From Candidatus Jorgensenbacteria bacterium RIFCSPHIGHO2_02_FULL_45_20 (GTDB taxonomy: Bacteria; Patescibacteriota; Minisyncoccia; UBA6257; GWB1-50-10), in NCBI GenBank assembly GCA_001779535.1, contig MFKJ01000010.1:1-36987 (forward strand): a DNA stretch of 36,987 nt, in the 5' to 3' direction. Below are positions 7,515 through 16,197 of the stretch, piece by piece (within the stretch, counting starts at the first letter, position 1; every line of letters begins with the position of its first letter). The notes under the pieces were generated by a model, which ran no database searches, was not told the DNA's origin, and saw only the letters and a list, made by a program, of their open reading frames with translations. The position numbers and the translations under genes were made by a program.

Positions 7515-7766
7515 TTATTCAGCTTTTGAAATTATCGTCCACCTTTTGTCTTTAGATATGGGCCTTGTTTCCTGAATCATAACCTTCGCGCCGATTGCGT
7601 ATCCGTTTTTCTCGTCGTGTGCTTTGTATCTCCTGCTCACTTTGAAATATTTGTCATACCGCGCGTGTTTTTTGAGGCGCGTTACTTCAACAACGCGCGT
7701 TTTGGACATCTTGTCCGAAACGACAATTCCCTCTAATATTCTTTTTTGCGTTTTTTTGTTCTCCAT
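7515..7766 (-). CDS. rpsQ: 30S ribosomal protein S17
   Basis: 83 aa. [16 protein letters not shown] and KYKAHDEKN. Operon position. Confidence 0.9.
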   Translation of the reverse strand: MENKKTQKRILEGIVVSDKMSKTRVVEVTRLKKHARYDKYFKVSRRYKAHDEKNGYAIGAKVMIQETRPISKDKRWTIISKAE

Positions 7767-7768
7767 AA

Positions 7769-7984
7769 TTATTTGTCCTGTCGGGCAATGGCGCTTTTTT
7801 GGGTTATTAACGTGTTTATCTGGGCTATTGATTTACGAACTGCTCTTAGTTCCTTCAAACTCTTTATCTTTCCGGAAGCAACGTCAAGTTTTAAGACCGC
7901 GCCTTTTTCCTCCAAGTCCGCGATGGCCCGTTCGAGTTCGGCAAGCGGTTTGCTTTTGAATTCCTTAAACTCGTTTTTTTTCAT
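7769..7984 (-). CDS. rpmC: 50S ribosomal protein L29
   Basis: 71 aa helical protein between rplP and rpsQ. Overlaps rplP by 4 nt. Confidence 0.85.
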   Translation of the reverse strand: MKKNEFKEFKSKPLAELERAIADLEEKGAVLKLDVASGKIKSLKELRAVRKSIAQINTLITQKSAIARQDK

Positions 7985-8397
7985 GTTGCAAGAGTTATGA
8001 TTTTTGTCCTGACCGGCAATTTATGCCCGGCGAGGCGCAACGCCTCAAGCGCGATTTTCTCCGATACCCCCCCTATTTCAAAAAGAATTCTGCCCGGCTT
8101 CACCGGAAACACGTAACTGTCTATGTTTCCTTTTCCGCCTCCGAGAGTAACCTCCGGCGGAAGTTTTGTAACGGGCTTGTCGGGAAAAATGCGTATCCAA
8201 ACCCTACCCTCGCGTTTCATAGCGTGAGCGAGCGTTTTCCTCACCGATTCTATCTGCCGTGAGTTTACCCACGAAGAAGAGGTCGCCTGAAGTCCGTACT
8301 CTCCGTAGCTTATGGTAAGCCCGCGGGTTTCGGTAGTGCGCCTGCGTGAGCGCCCTTTTTGCATTTTGCGGTGTTTTTGTTTTTTTGGCTGTAACAT
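7981..8397 (-). CDS. rplP: 50S ribosomal protein L16
   Basis: MLQPKKQKHRKMQKGR and RIFPDKPVTKLP. Confidence 0.95.
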   Translation of the reverse strand: MLQPKKQKHRKMQKGRSRRRTTETRGLTISYGEYGLQATSSSWVNSRQIESVRKTLAHAMKREGRVWIRIFPDKPVTKLPPEVTLGGGKGNIDSYVFPVKPGRILFEIGGVSEKIALEALRLAGHKLPVRTKIITLAT

Positions 8398-8419
8398 ATT
8401 TTACGCGCGCTTTGTTTTT

Positions 8420-9100
8420 TTATCTTACATTTCTGTTCCCAAACACGTCGCCTTTGTATATCCAAACCTTGACTCCGACGGTTCCATAAGTATTAAAAGA
8501 AGTCGCTTCGCCGTAATCAATGTTCGCGCGAAGTTTTTGGAGCGGCATTCTCCCGAACGCCAGCCAATCACTTCTCGATATTTCCGCGCCGTTAAGCCGT
8601 CCGGAAAGTTTGATTTTCGCGCCCAGCGTTTCTTTATTCTGCTTCAAAAGCTCAAGGTGTCGCTTCAAAATGCTCCTGTATGGAAATCTTTTTTCAATAT
8701 CAAAAGCTATCTGCTGCGCCGTTACGGCCGCCGAAACCTCCGTGCGCTTTAATTCTTCCACGTTAATGCTCAAAACAAACTGCGGCGGTTTCTTATTCTC
8801 GGCGCGCAATTTTTTTATCGCCGAGAGCAAAGCGTTCTTAAGTTCGTCTATTCCCTGTCCGCCCCTTCCTATTATAAGACCCGGGCGGCCCGCTTTGATG
8901 TTCACGCGTATCACATTATTGCCGGCGCGTTCTATATCTATAGCCGCTATTCCCGCGACCAAAACTTTCTTTCTTACAACTTTCCTTATAAGACAGTCCT
9001 CTTCAATGTAAAACTTCATTGATTTCTTAAAAAACCACCTGCTGTTCCACGGCAGCGTGATGCCTAATCTAAGCGTATTTGGTTTTATTTTCTGTGCCAT
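8420..9100 (-). CDS. rpsC: 30S ribosomal protein S3
   Basis: MAQKIKPNTLRLGI N-terminus, KH-domain GLIIGRGGQGI, GRLNGAEI. ATG at 9100 chosen. Confidence 0.95.
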   Translation of the reverse strand: MAQKIKPNTLRLGITLPWNSRWFFKKSMKFYIEEDCLIRKVVRKKVLVAGIAAIDIERAGNNVIRVNIKAGRPGLIIGRGGQGIDELKNALLSAIKKLRAENKKPPQFVLSINVEELKRTEVSAAVTAQQIAFDIEKRFPYRSILKRHLELLKQNKETLGAKIKLSGRLNGAEISRSDWLAFGRMPLQKLRANIDYGEATSFNTYGTVGVKVWIYKGDVFGNRNVR

Positions 9101-9117
9101 AATAGTCAATGGGTTAA

Positions 9118-9645
9118 TTACATCGCTTTCCTTCTGAATATCCTCCTTAATCCGCCGGCGGCTTTAGAATGTTTCTTGTCGGCGGCTTCTTTATCTACCG
9201 TTTCTTTGACCGTTTCTTTTTTATTTGACGGCTTTTTGCTCTTCTTGCCTCCGTCTTTTTCTTTTTTGGGACGCTCGTGTATTACGAACCTCGCGGGCGA
9301 TGGTGAAGGAGAAACGCCAAGAACGATTGTAACATGGCTTGTTCGCTTTCGTATAGGACTCCACGCCCCGCGCGCCCGCGGCGTCCACCTTTTCTGGGTC
9401 GGCCCACGGTCTATACGGAGTTCTTTGACGAAAAGTTTATGAGGGTCGAGCTTGCCAACTTTGGCATTCGCGATAGCGGAATTCAAAAGTTTCAAAATCG
9501 GTTCGGACGCTCTGCCGGGAAAAAGCATAAGCTGCGCCTGCGCCTCGGTAACCGGCAATCCTCTTATCAAGTTTGCCTGGAGTCCGACTTTGCGCGGCGC
9601 GATGCGCAGATATTTCAGTTTTGCCATTGCGGTGTTTTGCTCCAT
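9118..9645 (-). CDS. rplV: 50S ribosomal protein L22 with a ~65-aa Lys-rich C-terminal extension
   Basis: LNSAIANA and RKRTSHVTIVL core, then PKKEKDGGKKSKKPSNKKETVKE...RRIFRRKAM. Confidence 0.9.
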   Translation of the reverse strand: MEQNTAMAKLKYLRIAPRKVGLQANLIRGLPVTEAQAQLMLFPGRASEPILKLLNSAIANAKVGKLDPHKLFVKELRIDRGPTQKRWTPRARGAWSPIRKRTSHVTIVLGVSPSPSPARFVIHERPKKEKDGGKKSKKPSNKKETVKETVDKEAADKKHSKAAGGLRRIFRRKAM

Positions 9646-9669
9646 ATATATTGTGTATCTTATGTTTTC

Positions 9670-9975
9670 TTACGCGCTTTTCTGCGCTATATTTTTGGCC
9701 ATTTCAAGTTCTTTCTGAATCCTTCCTCCGTGCCTTATAAATTTTCTCGTCGGAGAAAACTCGCCGAGCCGGTGGCCTATCATATCTTCCCTCACCGTCA
9801 CCTCGATAAATTCTTTCCCGTTATACACGCCAAACCTGTACCCCACCATTTCCGGAGATATTTCAGAAGCGCGCGCCCACGTTTTAATAACCGTTTTGCC
9901 GTCCGGTTTAGCCGCTGATATTTTCTTCAAAAGTTTTTGGTTTATGTAAGGACCCTTTTTTGATGACCTGCTCAT
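9670..9975 (-). CDS. rpsS: 30S ribosomal protein S19
   Basis: SRSSKKGPYI, FGVYNGKEF and GHRLGEFSPTRKF. Confidence 0.95.
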   Translation of the reverse strand: MSRSSKKGPYINQKLLKKISAAKPDGKTVIKTWARASEISPEMVGYRFGVYNGKEFIEVTVREDMIGHRLGEFSPTRKFIRHGGRIQKELEMAKNIAQKSA

Positions 9976-9979
9976 AAAT

Positions 9980-10807
9980 TTATTTTCTCCTTTTTACTAT
10001 CATTGAATTCGACCACTTTTTTCTCTTTCTTGTTTTACGTCCGCCGGTTATGTTGCCCCACTTGTCTTTCGGGCGTTTCGTACCGCGCTGCGTCTTGCCT
10101 TCTCCTCCGCCATATTTATGGTCGCGCGGGTTCATAACGGAACCGCGCACGGTAGGACGGATTCCTAAAGCGCGCGAGCGTCCAGCTTTTCCGAGCACGA
10201 CAAGGTTGTGTTCCCAGTTTGACGTCTGCCCTATGGAAGCATATCCGTCCCACGGAACTTTTCTTACTTCGCCGGACGGCATTTTAAGGTGGGTGTGCCC
10301 GCCGTCGTGAGCGAGAATCTGGACCGAAGTGCCGGCGGAACGGGCAATTTGTCCGCCGCGCCCCGGAAATATTTCAATATTAAAAACGAACGTACCGACT
10401 GGTATGCGCTTCAAAGCGGTTCTGTTACCGACCTCAAGCGGAGCATCGGCTGAAGTTATGATTGTCGAACCCATTTTCAATCCGTTCGGAGCGAGAATAT
10501 ATCGCCTTTCGCCATCGGCGTAGCAAACACGCGCTATAAAAGCAGTCCTGTACGGGTCGTATTCAATTCCCTCTACTTTCCCGCTCACGCCGATTTTATT
10601 CTGCTTGAAATCAATAAGCCGGTAGGCCCTCTTGTTGCCGCCGCCTTGATGCCGCATAGTGATTCTCCCCTGGTTATTCCTTCCGGCGGGGCTTTTCAAT
10701 CTTATAGTCAGTTTTTTAAGAGGACGCTTTTCGCCTTCCAAAAAATCTTTATATGTTACAGCCGTGTAGTGGCGCCTTGATGGAGTTGTAGGATTGTACT
10801 TTTTCAT
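9980..10807 (-). CDS. rplB: 50S ribosomal protein L2
   Basis: 275 aa. GRNNQGRITMRHQGGG and VRGSVMNPRDHKYGGGEG. Confidence 0.95.
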   Translation of the reverse strand: MKKYNPTTPSRRHYTAVTYKDFLEGEKRPLKKLTIRLKSPAGRNNQGRITMRHQGGGNKRAYRLIDFKQNKIGVSGKVEGIEYDPYRTAFIARVCYADGERRYILAPNGLKMGSTIITSADAPLEVGNRTALKRIPVGTFVFNIEIFPGRGGQIARSAGTSVQILAHDGGHTHLKMPSGEVRKVPWDGYASIGQTSNWEHNLVVLGKAGRSRALGIRPTVRGSVMNPRDHKYGGGEGKTQRGTKRPKDKWGNITGGRKTRKRKKWSNSMIVKRRK

Positions 10808-10819
10808 AATAGAGATTTT

Positions 10820-11182
10820 TTACGACGCGTCTATTTTATCACCTTTCTTGAGCAAAACTATGGCCTTTTTTACGTCTTCTTTTTTTGAAACATCGCTTCT
10901 GTAGCGGCTTTTAGACCCCGGTTTTCTCACGATATTGACTCTGAGCACGCGCACCCCGTAGCGGCGCGCTACTTCCTTTTTTATTTCGCTCTTGTTCGCG
11001 TCAATCCTTACGAGAAACGTGTACTGGTTCTCTTTCTCCATCGAATCGTGGCTCTTCTCGCTTATGAGCGGTTTTATAATGTTTCTGCGCGAGCGAACAA
11101 CGGTTCCTTGCGCCGCCGATAAGTTCTGCTCCGCCGCCGCGAGTATTTCTTTTTCTTTTGTTGTTATTTTTTTCGCGGACAT
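10820..11182 (-). CDS. rplW: 50S ribosomal protein L23 (N-terminally extended)
   Basis: IKPLISEKS and YTFLVRIDANKSEIKKEV. Operon position between rplD and rplB. Confidence 0.85.
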   Translation of the reverse strand: MSAKKITTKEKEILAAAEQNLSAAQGTVVRSRRNIIKPLISEKSHDSMEKENQYTFLVRIDANKSEIKKEVARRYGVRVLRVNIVRKPGSKSRYRSDVSKKEDVKKAIVLLKKGDKIDAS

Positions 11183-11186
11183 ATTT

Positions 11187-11804
11187 TTATTTCATTCTTT
11201 CCGCCGCCGCTTTTTCAAAAACAATGTATTTCTTCAAAGCGCAATCATAGACATTCAACGATTCAGCGCTTATAACGTTCACTCCTTGAATGTTTTTGGA
11301 TAAACGGAAAATGTTTTTGTCCTCGGCGCTCTTAATAAGCAGAACCGATTTTTTATTCTTTCCGAAAAACTTATCCAAAAACTGCGCCGCGCTTTTGGTT
11401 TTCGGCAGTTCAAAATCAAAATTATTTATTACAAAAAGTTCGGAGTCGCTTCTCTTTTTGGAAATAACCGAAAACAGCGCGGCCTTCCTGGCTTTCTTGC
11501 TTATTTTTTTTGAAAAATCCTTGTCGTTTCTCGGACCGAATGTTATTCCGCCGCCGCTCCAAATCGGCGAACGCCTCGAACCATGCCTCGCGTGTCCCGT
11601 ATGTTTCTGCCTCCACGGCTTTTTACCGCCGCCTCTCACCTCCGAACGGTCCTTGGTCTGCGCCACGGAATTCCTCTTATTCGCATAATAAGCGGTTATC
11701 GCTTGGTGCACGAGATCCGGTTTCCACGCGGCGCCGAAAACAGCATCAGAAACGGTAATCGAGCCGTCCGGCTTTTTTTCTTTGTTATAAATTTCGAGTT
11801 TCAT
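11187..11804 (-). CDS. rplD: 50S ribosomal protein L4
   Basis: 205 aa. RSEVRGGGKKPWRQKHTGHARHGSRRSPIWSGGG. Confidence 0.9.
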   Translation of the reverse strand: MKLEIYNKEKKPDGSITVSDAVFGAAWKPDLVHQAITAYYANKRNSVAQTKDRSEVRGGGKKPWRQKHTGHARHGSRRSPIWSGGGITFGPRNDKDFSKKISKKARKAALFSVISKKRSDSELFVINNFDFELPKTKSAAQFLDKFFGKNKKSVLLIKSAEDKNIFRLSKNIQGVNVISAESLNVYDCALKKYIVFEKAAAERMK

Positions 11805-11807
11805 TTT

Positions 11808-12260
11808 TTACGCTGTTTTCTTTTTTTGCCGTATTTCGACGCGGGCGCCGCGTATTCCGGGAATAGCTCCTTTGAGTAATATCGTTTTTTCGGACTGTCG
11901 GACATCCGCCACGCGAAGATTGCGCACGGTAACCCGTTCATTGCCCATTCTGCCCGCCATCTTCCTGCCTTTTATAGTTCTTTGCGGGGCCGTAGCTCCT
12001 ATTGAACCCGGAGCTCTCAATCGGTTTTTCTGTCCGTGCGTTTTCGGACCGCCCGCGAAACCGTGCCGTTTCACGACGCCCTGGAAACCCTTTCCCTTGC
12101 TTCTGCCTGAAACATTGACCTTATCCCCGATTTTCAATTCCCCGATTTCTTTTTCATCGGCATACAAAACCGAAGTAACCGGAATTACGGCATCGTTGTT
12201 CCAAATTTGCGTCATTACGCCTTTTTTGGCGTGTATTTTTTTCACCGATTCGTTTTTCAT
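11808..12260 (-). CDS. rplC: 50S ribosomal protein L3, unusually short (150 aa)
   Basis: KKGVMTQIW..IPVT at the N-terminus, then SKGKGFQGVVKRHGF, APGSIGA and KMAGRMGNERVTV. The central ~60 aa found in E. coli L3 are absent. Confidence 0.85.
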   Translation of the reverse strand: MKNESVKKIHAKKGVMTQIWNNDAVIPVTSVLYADEKEIGELKIGDKVNVSGRSKGKGFQGVVKRHGFAGGPKTHGQKNRLRAPGSIGATAPQRTIKGRKMAGRMGNERVTVRNLRVADVRQSEKTILLKGAIPGIRGARVEIRQKKKTA

Positions 12261-12318
12261 ATTTTTCCACTTTTTTCTGGAATAACGCGCCGCTACGAAA
12301 ACGCGGCGGGGGCATACG

Positions 12319-12352
12319 AAAAAAACAGCAGGGGCAAGCCCTGTTGTTTTTT
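12319..12352 (-). terminator. Terminator-like hairpin plus U-tract inside the rpsJ-rplC spacer (possible attenuator)
   Basis: Minus-strand RNA is AACAACAGGGcuugcCCCUGCUGUU followed by UUUUU. Stem is 5 bp + mismatch + 4 bp. A-run and T-run flank it. Confidence 0.4.
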
Positions 12353-12372
12353 ACGGCTGACCCGATGTTAAT

Positions 12373-12401
12373 AATTTATATTATTAACAAAGGGAAGTCA
12401 A
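12373..12401 (-). promoter_or_regulatory. Candidate internal promoter just downstream of the rpsJ stop
   Basis: Minus strand reads TTGACT (12396-12401), then N15-TATAAA or N17-TAAATT (12373-12380). Confidence 0.35.
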
Positions 12402-12411
12402 CTCCTTTGCA

Positions 12412-12738
12412 CTATCCCATTTTGATTTCCACATCAACGCCGGCAGGAAGATTAAGGTCGGACAGCGATTCAATTATCTTCTGTTGCGGATTCATTATAT
12501 CCACAAGTCGCTTATGAACGCGAAGCTCGAAATGTTCTCCAGATTTCTTATGCACAAAAGTGGAGCGATTCACTGTATAACGCTTAAACTCTGTAGGCAG
12601 AGGAATCGGCCCTACGACCTCGCCGCCATGGTACTTTATGGCCTCTATAATCTGCTTTACCGACGAATCTATAAGTTTGGCGTCATACGCTTTTACGCGA
12701 AGCCGCAATCTTTCCTTTTGTTCTTCCTTTTTCGGCAT
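12412..12738 (-). CDS. rpsJ: 30S ribosomal protein S10
   Basis: 108 aa. RLRVKAYDAKLIDSS, GPIPLPT and HKRLVDI. Confidence 0.95.
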   Translation of the reverse strand: MPKKEEQKERLRLRVKAYDAKLIDSSVKQIIEAIKYHGGEVVGPIPLPTEFKRYTVNRSTFVHKKSGEHFELRVHKRLVDIMNPQQKIIESLSDLNLPAGVDVEIKMG

Positions 12739-12771
12739 ATTGATATGTTTAGGAACGGAAATTGTTTATTT

Positions 12772-13971
12772 TTATTTCACTATCTTCGTAACCGCTCCTG
12801 CGCCTACCGTCTTGCCGCCTTCGCGTATCGCAAAACGCTGTTTCTCTTCAAGCGCGACCGGCGAGATTAGTTTCACGGTAACTTTGTTCACTGTGTCTCC
12901 CGGCATAACCATTTCAGTGCCTTCCGGAAGAACCATTTCTCCCGTAACATCCGTTGTGCGGATGTAGAACTGCGGTTTGTAGCCCTTGAAAAACGGCGTA
13001 TGCCTTCCTCCTTCCTCTTTCGAAAGAACATATACTTCCGCTTCGAATTCGGAGTGAGGCGTAACGGAGCCCGGTTTCGATATAACCTGTCCGCGTTCAA
13101 CATCTTCTTTTTTTAATCCGCGGAGAAGTATTCCGACATTGTCTCCGGCTTGTCCGGAATCAAGCGTCTTTTGGAACATCTCTACACCGGTAACAACCGT
13201 CTTCTGCGTCGGACGAAGTCCTACCACTTCAACTTCGTCGTTTATCTGAACCATTCCGCGCTCTATTCTTCCGGTGCACACCGTGCCCCGCCCTTCTATG
13301 GAAAATATGTCTTCGATGGGCATCAAAAACGGTTTGTCTGTTTCACGCACCGGCTCCGGAATGTAATCATCAAGGGCCTTCACTAAATCCAAAATCGGCT
13401 TTGCGGCGGGATCATCCGGAGAACCCGCTTCAAGCGCTTTGAGCGCCGAACCGCGTATGACCGGCACATCATCTCCCGCGAACCCATACTTCTTCAAGAG
13501 TTCTCTCACTTCGGACTCGACGAGGTCTATGAGTTCCGGGTCGTCAACCATATCAACTTTGTTCAAAAATACGATTATAGCCGGAACGCCAACCTGATGA
13601 GCCAGAAGAATGTGCTCCCTTGTCTGGGGCATCGGGCCATCAGCGGCCGAAACCACGAGTATGGCTCCATCCATCTGCGCCGCGCCGGTTATCATGTTTT
13701 TGATGTAATCGGCGTGGCCTGGGCAGTCAACGTGGGCATAGTGCCGCTTTTCCGACTCGTATTCCGAATGATGGAGGGCGATTGTGATTCCGCGCGCCTT
13801 TTCTTCCGGAGCGTTATCTATCGCGTCAACGCCTTCCGCCTTTGAGGCCAACCCTTTTTTGAAAAGCACGTTTGTTATGGCCGCGGTAAGAGTTGTTTTT
13901 CCGTGGTCAACATGTCCGATTGTTCCGATGTTCACATGCGGTTTGGAACGTTCGAATTTTTCTTTAGCCAT
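12772..13971 (-). CDS. tuf: Elongation factor Tu
   Basis: 399 aa. [18 protein letters not shown] and NKVD motifs. Confidence 0.97.
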   Translation of the reverse strand: MAKEKFERSKPHVNIGTIGHVDHGKTTLTAAITNVLFKKGLASKAEGVDAIDNAPEEKARGITIALHHSEYESEKRHYAHVDCPGHADYIKNMITGAAQMDGAILVVSAADGPMPQTREHILLAHQVGVPAIIVFLNKVDMVDDPELIDLVESEVRELLKKYGFAGDDVPVIRGSALKALEAGSPDDPAAKPILDLVKALDDYIPEPVRETDKPFLMPIEDIFSIEGRGTVCTGRIERGMVQINDEVEVVGLRPTQKTVVTGVEMFQKTLDSGQAGDNVGILLRGLKKEDVERGQVISKPGSVTPHSEFEAEVYVLSKEEGGRHTPFFKGYKPQFYIRTTDVTGEMVLPEGTEMVMPGDTVNKVTVKLISPVALEEKQRFAIREGGKTVGAGAVTKIVK

Positions 13972-14020
13972 TGTTTTTTATTTTTTCTATAGTTTTCGAC
14001 CTATTTTTTAATTCTATCTC

Positions 14021-14049
14021 ATTTTCAGTTATAACGCATTCACTGTCAA
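14021..14049 (-). promoter_or_regulatory. Candidate promoter for tuf
   Basis: Minus strand reads TTGACA (14044-14049), N17, GAAAAT (14021-14026). Confidence 0.3.
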
Positions 14050-14059
14050 GGGAATGAAA

Positions 14060-15889
14060 TTACTCCTTCTTCAAGAGCTCCTTGAAAATTTCCGGAGGGA
14101 TGGATGTATCGGCGCGTTCTTTGAGGCGTTCTTTCCCCTTCTTCTGTTTTTTCCAGAGTTTCATTTTTCTTGTTCTGTCTCCCCCGTTTTTCCCGAAATT
14201 CCCGAGTTCCTTGCGCGTCGCTGTTATGTCCGCCCTCGCGATTACCCTCCCGTAGGCGACCGCCTGAATCGGCTGGGTGTACTGCTGTTTCGGAAGGAGA
14301 GCCGTCAATTTTTCGACTGTCTTTCTTGCTTCGCGTTCGAGTGAGTCCTTCGGAAGAAAACGGATTAGTCCCGTTATTGCTTTCCCCGACACCAGAAAAT
14401 CAACTCGCGCTATGTCTGTTTTTTCATACCCGCACACGTTATAGCTGAAAGACGCGTACCCTTCGCTTACCGATTTCAGACAATCATCAAAATCGCTTAC
14501 AAGTTCGACAAGCGGCATTTTCGATGAAAGTTTTATCCTGTCCCCTATAGTTTCCGTGTGTACCTCCGAAAATCTGAATTTCTTACGGAGCGATAAGACA
14601 CCGGACAAAAATCTATTCGGAAAAATCAAAACTATGTCTATCATCGGCTCCGATATTTCAAGATAATCGGCTGGCAAGTCATCGGGCTTGACGACCTCAA
14701 TCATCTCGCCGCGTTTCGACTTAACGAGATATTTGACTGAAGGAAATGTGTTTATAACACCTATCTGGAATTCTCTCCGGAGCCGCTCGGCCGTTATCTC
14801 GAAGTGAAGCCGTCCTAAACATCCGACCTTGAATCCCCTTCCTAAAACCTCGTTATTGTCCGGCTCTGTTGAAATTGACGAATCGTTCAATTTGAGTTTC
14901 TGAAGCGCTTTGCGCAAAAAATCATATTCGCTCGCCTCCTCCGGGAAAAACGAAACGAAAATCACCGGCTTCGGCTCTTCATACCCGTGAAGCGCGAATT
15001 TTACACAATCCTCGGATTGAACGCCGCCGCTATCCACAAAAAAAGCCGTGTCCCCTATCTTTATTTTTTCAGGGTCCTTTATTCCGGTCGCCACATAGCC
15101 GATGTCGCCGTCTCGTAAAATATCAAGCGGCTTCATTTCCGGGAAAAATTTCCCCGTTTCCTTTATTTTTGTTCTCGTTCCGGCGCGCGCCATTTTGATT
15201 TCTCCGTCCGCGCGGAACTCGCCGCCGAAAATCCTGACGGAAGCCACAACCCCCTTGTGATTATCATAAAACGAATCGAATATGAGCGCCTTGCCTTTGA
15301 AAGGCGCGCTGTCCGATTTTTCGGGAGGCGGAATGACTTGTACTATTTTTTCAAGCAATCCCGGAACGCCCTCTCCGGTTTTTCCGGACACGCACATTAT
15401 TTCTTCCCTTCCGCACCCGAGCACTTCGGCAAGTTCTCCCTTCGCGGAATCGGCGGCTTTCTCGCCGAAAGAATTTATCAAATCAATTTTATTCAGAACA
15501 CCGATGATTTTAATGCCGGCTTTTTTCGCCGAAAAAAAATTCGCGAGCGTTTGCGCCTGCACTCCTTGAGTCGCGTCAACAAGAAGAACCGCGCCCTCGA
15601 CCGCCTCGAGCGCGCGCGACACTTCGTACGAAAAATCGCTGTGCCCGGGAGTATCTATAAGATTAAGCGAGTATTCCTCGCCATCGCGAGCCAAAAATTT
15701 CATCGTAACTGGCGCCATTTTTATCGTAATACCTCGCTCCCGTTCAAGTTCCAGCTGGTCAAGATACTGCGATTTCATCTTCCTCTTATCAATGGTATGT
15801 GTGTATTCCAAAAAACGGTCGGCCAGCGTTGACTTGCCGTGGTCAATATGGGCTATTATAACGAAGTTTCTTATTTTATTTGAAAACAT
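14060..15889 (-). CDS. lepA: Elongation factor 4 (LepA)
   Basis: 609 aa. NFVIIAHIDHGKSTLADRFL, DTPGHSDF, NKIDL. Length and C-terminal domain are LepA-type, not EF-G. Confidence 0.95.
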   Translation of the reverse strand: MFSNKIRNFVIIAHIDHGKSTLADRFLEYTHTIDKRKMKSQYLDQLELERERGITIKMAPVTMKFLARDGEEYSLNLIDTPGHSDFSYEVSRALEAVEGAVLLVDATQGVQAQTLANFFSAKKAGIKIIGVLNKIDLINSFGEKAADSAKGELAEVLGCGREEIMCVSGKTGEGVPGLLEKIVQVIPPPEKSDSAPFKGKALIFDSFYDNHKGVVASVRIFGGEFRADGEIKMARAGTRTKIKETGKFFPEMKPLDILRDGDIGYVATGIKDPEKIKIGDTAFFVDSGGVQSEDCVKFALHGYEEPKPVIFVSFFPEEASEYDFLRKALQKLKLNDSSISTEPDNNEVLGRGFKVGCLGRLHFEITAERLRREFQIGVINTFPSVKYLVKSKRGEMIEVVKPDDLPADYLEISEPMIDIVLIFPNRFLSGVLSLRKKFRFSEVHTETIGDRIKLSSKMPLVELVSDFDDCLKSVSEGYASFSYNVCGYEKTDIARVDFLVSGKAITGLIRFLPKDSLEREARKTVEKLTALLPKQQYTQPIQAVAYGRVIARADITATRKELGNFGKNGGDRTRKMKLWKKQKKGKERLKERADTSIPPEIFKELLKKE

Positions 15890-15900
15890 ACCGCTAATAA

Positions 15901-15935
15901 TTTAAAATTTTCAATTTGAAATTTTCAATGAATTC
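15901..15935. repeat. Inverted copy of the ATTGAAAATTTCAAATTGAAAATT module (see 26225-26279 and 29025-29074)
   Basis: Its reverse complement GAATTCATTGAAAATTTCAAATTGAAAATTTTAAA matches GGATTCATTAAAAATTGAAAATTTCAAATTGAAAATTATTC. Confidence 0.65.
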
Positions 15936-16057
15936 GCCAGCCGGCAAATCAATTGCGGAGAAAAGAAGTCAAAATACAGACACCGTTTTTCTGATTTTCT
16001 CTTATTTTGAATCCGTCTTGGGCTGATTTGATTAAAAATTGAAAATTGCCTGCCACG

Positions 16058-16187
16058 CCGTAGCTTCAGTGTAGGTTTTGGAATTTTGGAATTTGAACAT
16101 TTGGATTTATTTAGGGTTTAGGGTTTGGTGCTTAGAGTTTTGTTATCAGAGTTTTATTCGAAATTCAAAATTCGTAATTCGAAATTT
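16058..16187. repeat. Intergenic mosaic repeat, the clearest heptanucleotide-periodic array (16 heptads, 16074-16185)
   Basis: GGTTTTG GAATTTT GGAATTT GAACATT TGGATTT ATTTAGG GTTTAGG GTTTGGT GCTTAGA GTTTTGT TATCAGA GTTTTAT TCGAAAT TCAAAAT TCGTAAT TCGAAAT. Paralogous to 701-784 and 30941-31007. Confidence 0.8.
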
Positions 16188-16197
16188 CTGCTCTGCT

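Noticed and set aside
16109-16129. TTTAGGG TTTAGGG as a telomere repeat or G-quadruplex
   Set aside because: Only two perfect units occur, embedded in an internal degenerate array. There are too few G-runs (two GGG plus one GG) for a stable intramolecular G4. The region is flanked by genes, so it is not a replicon end.
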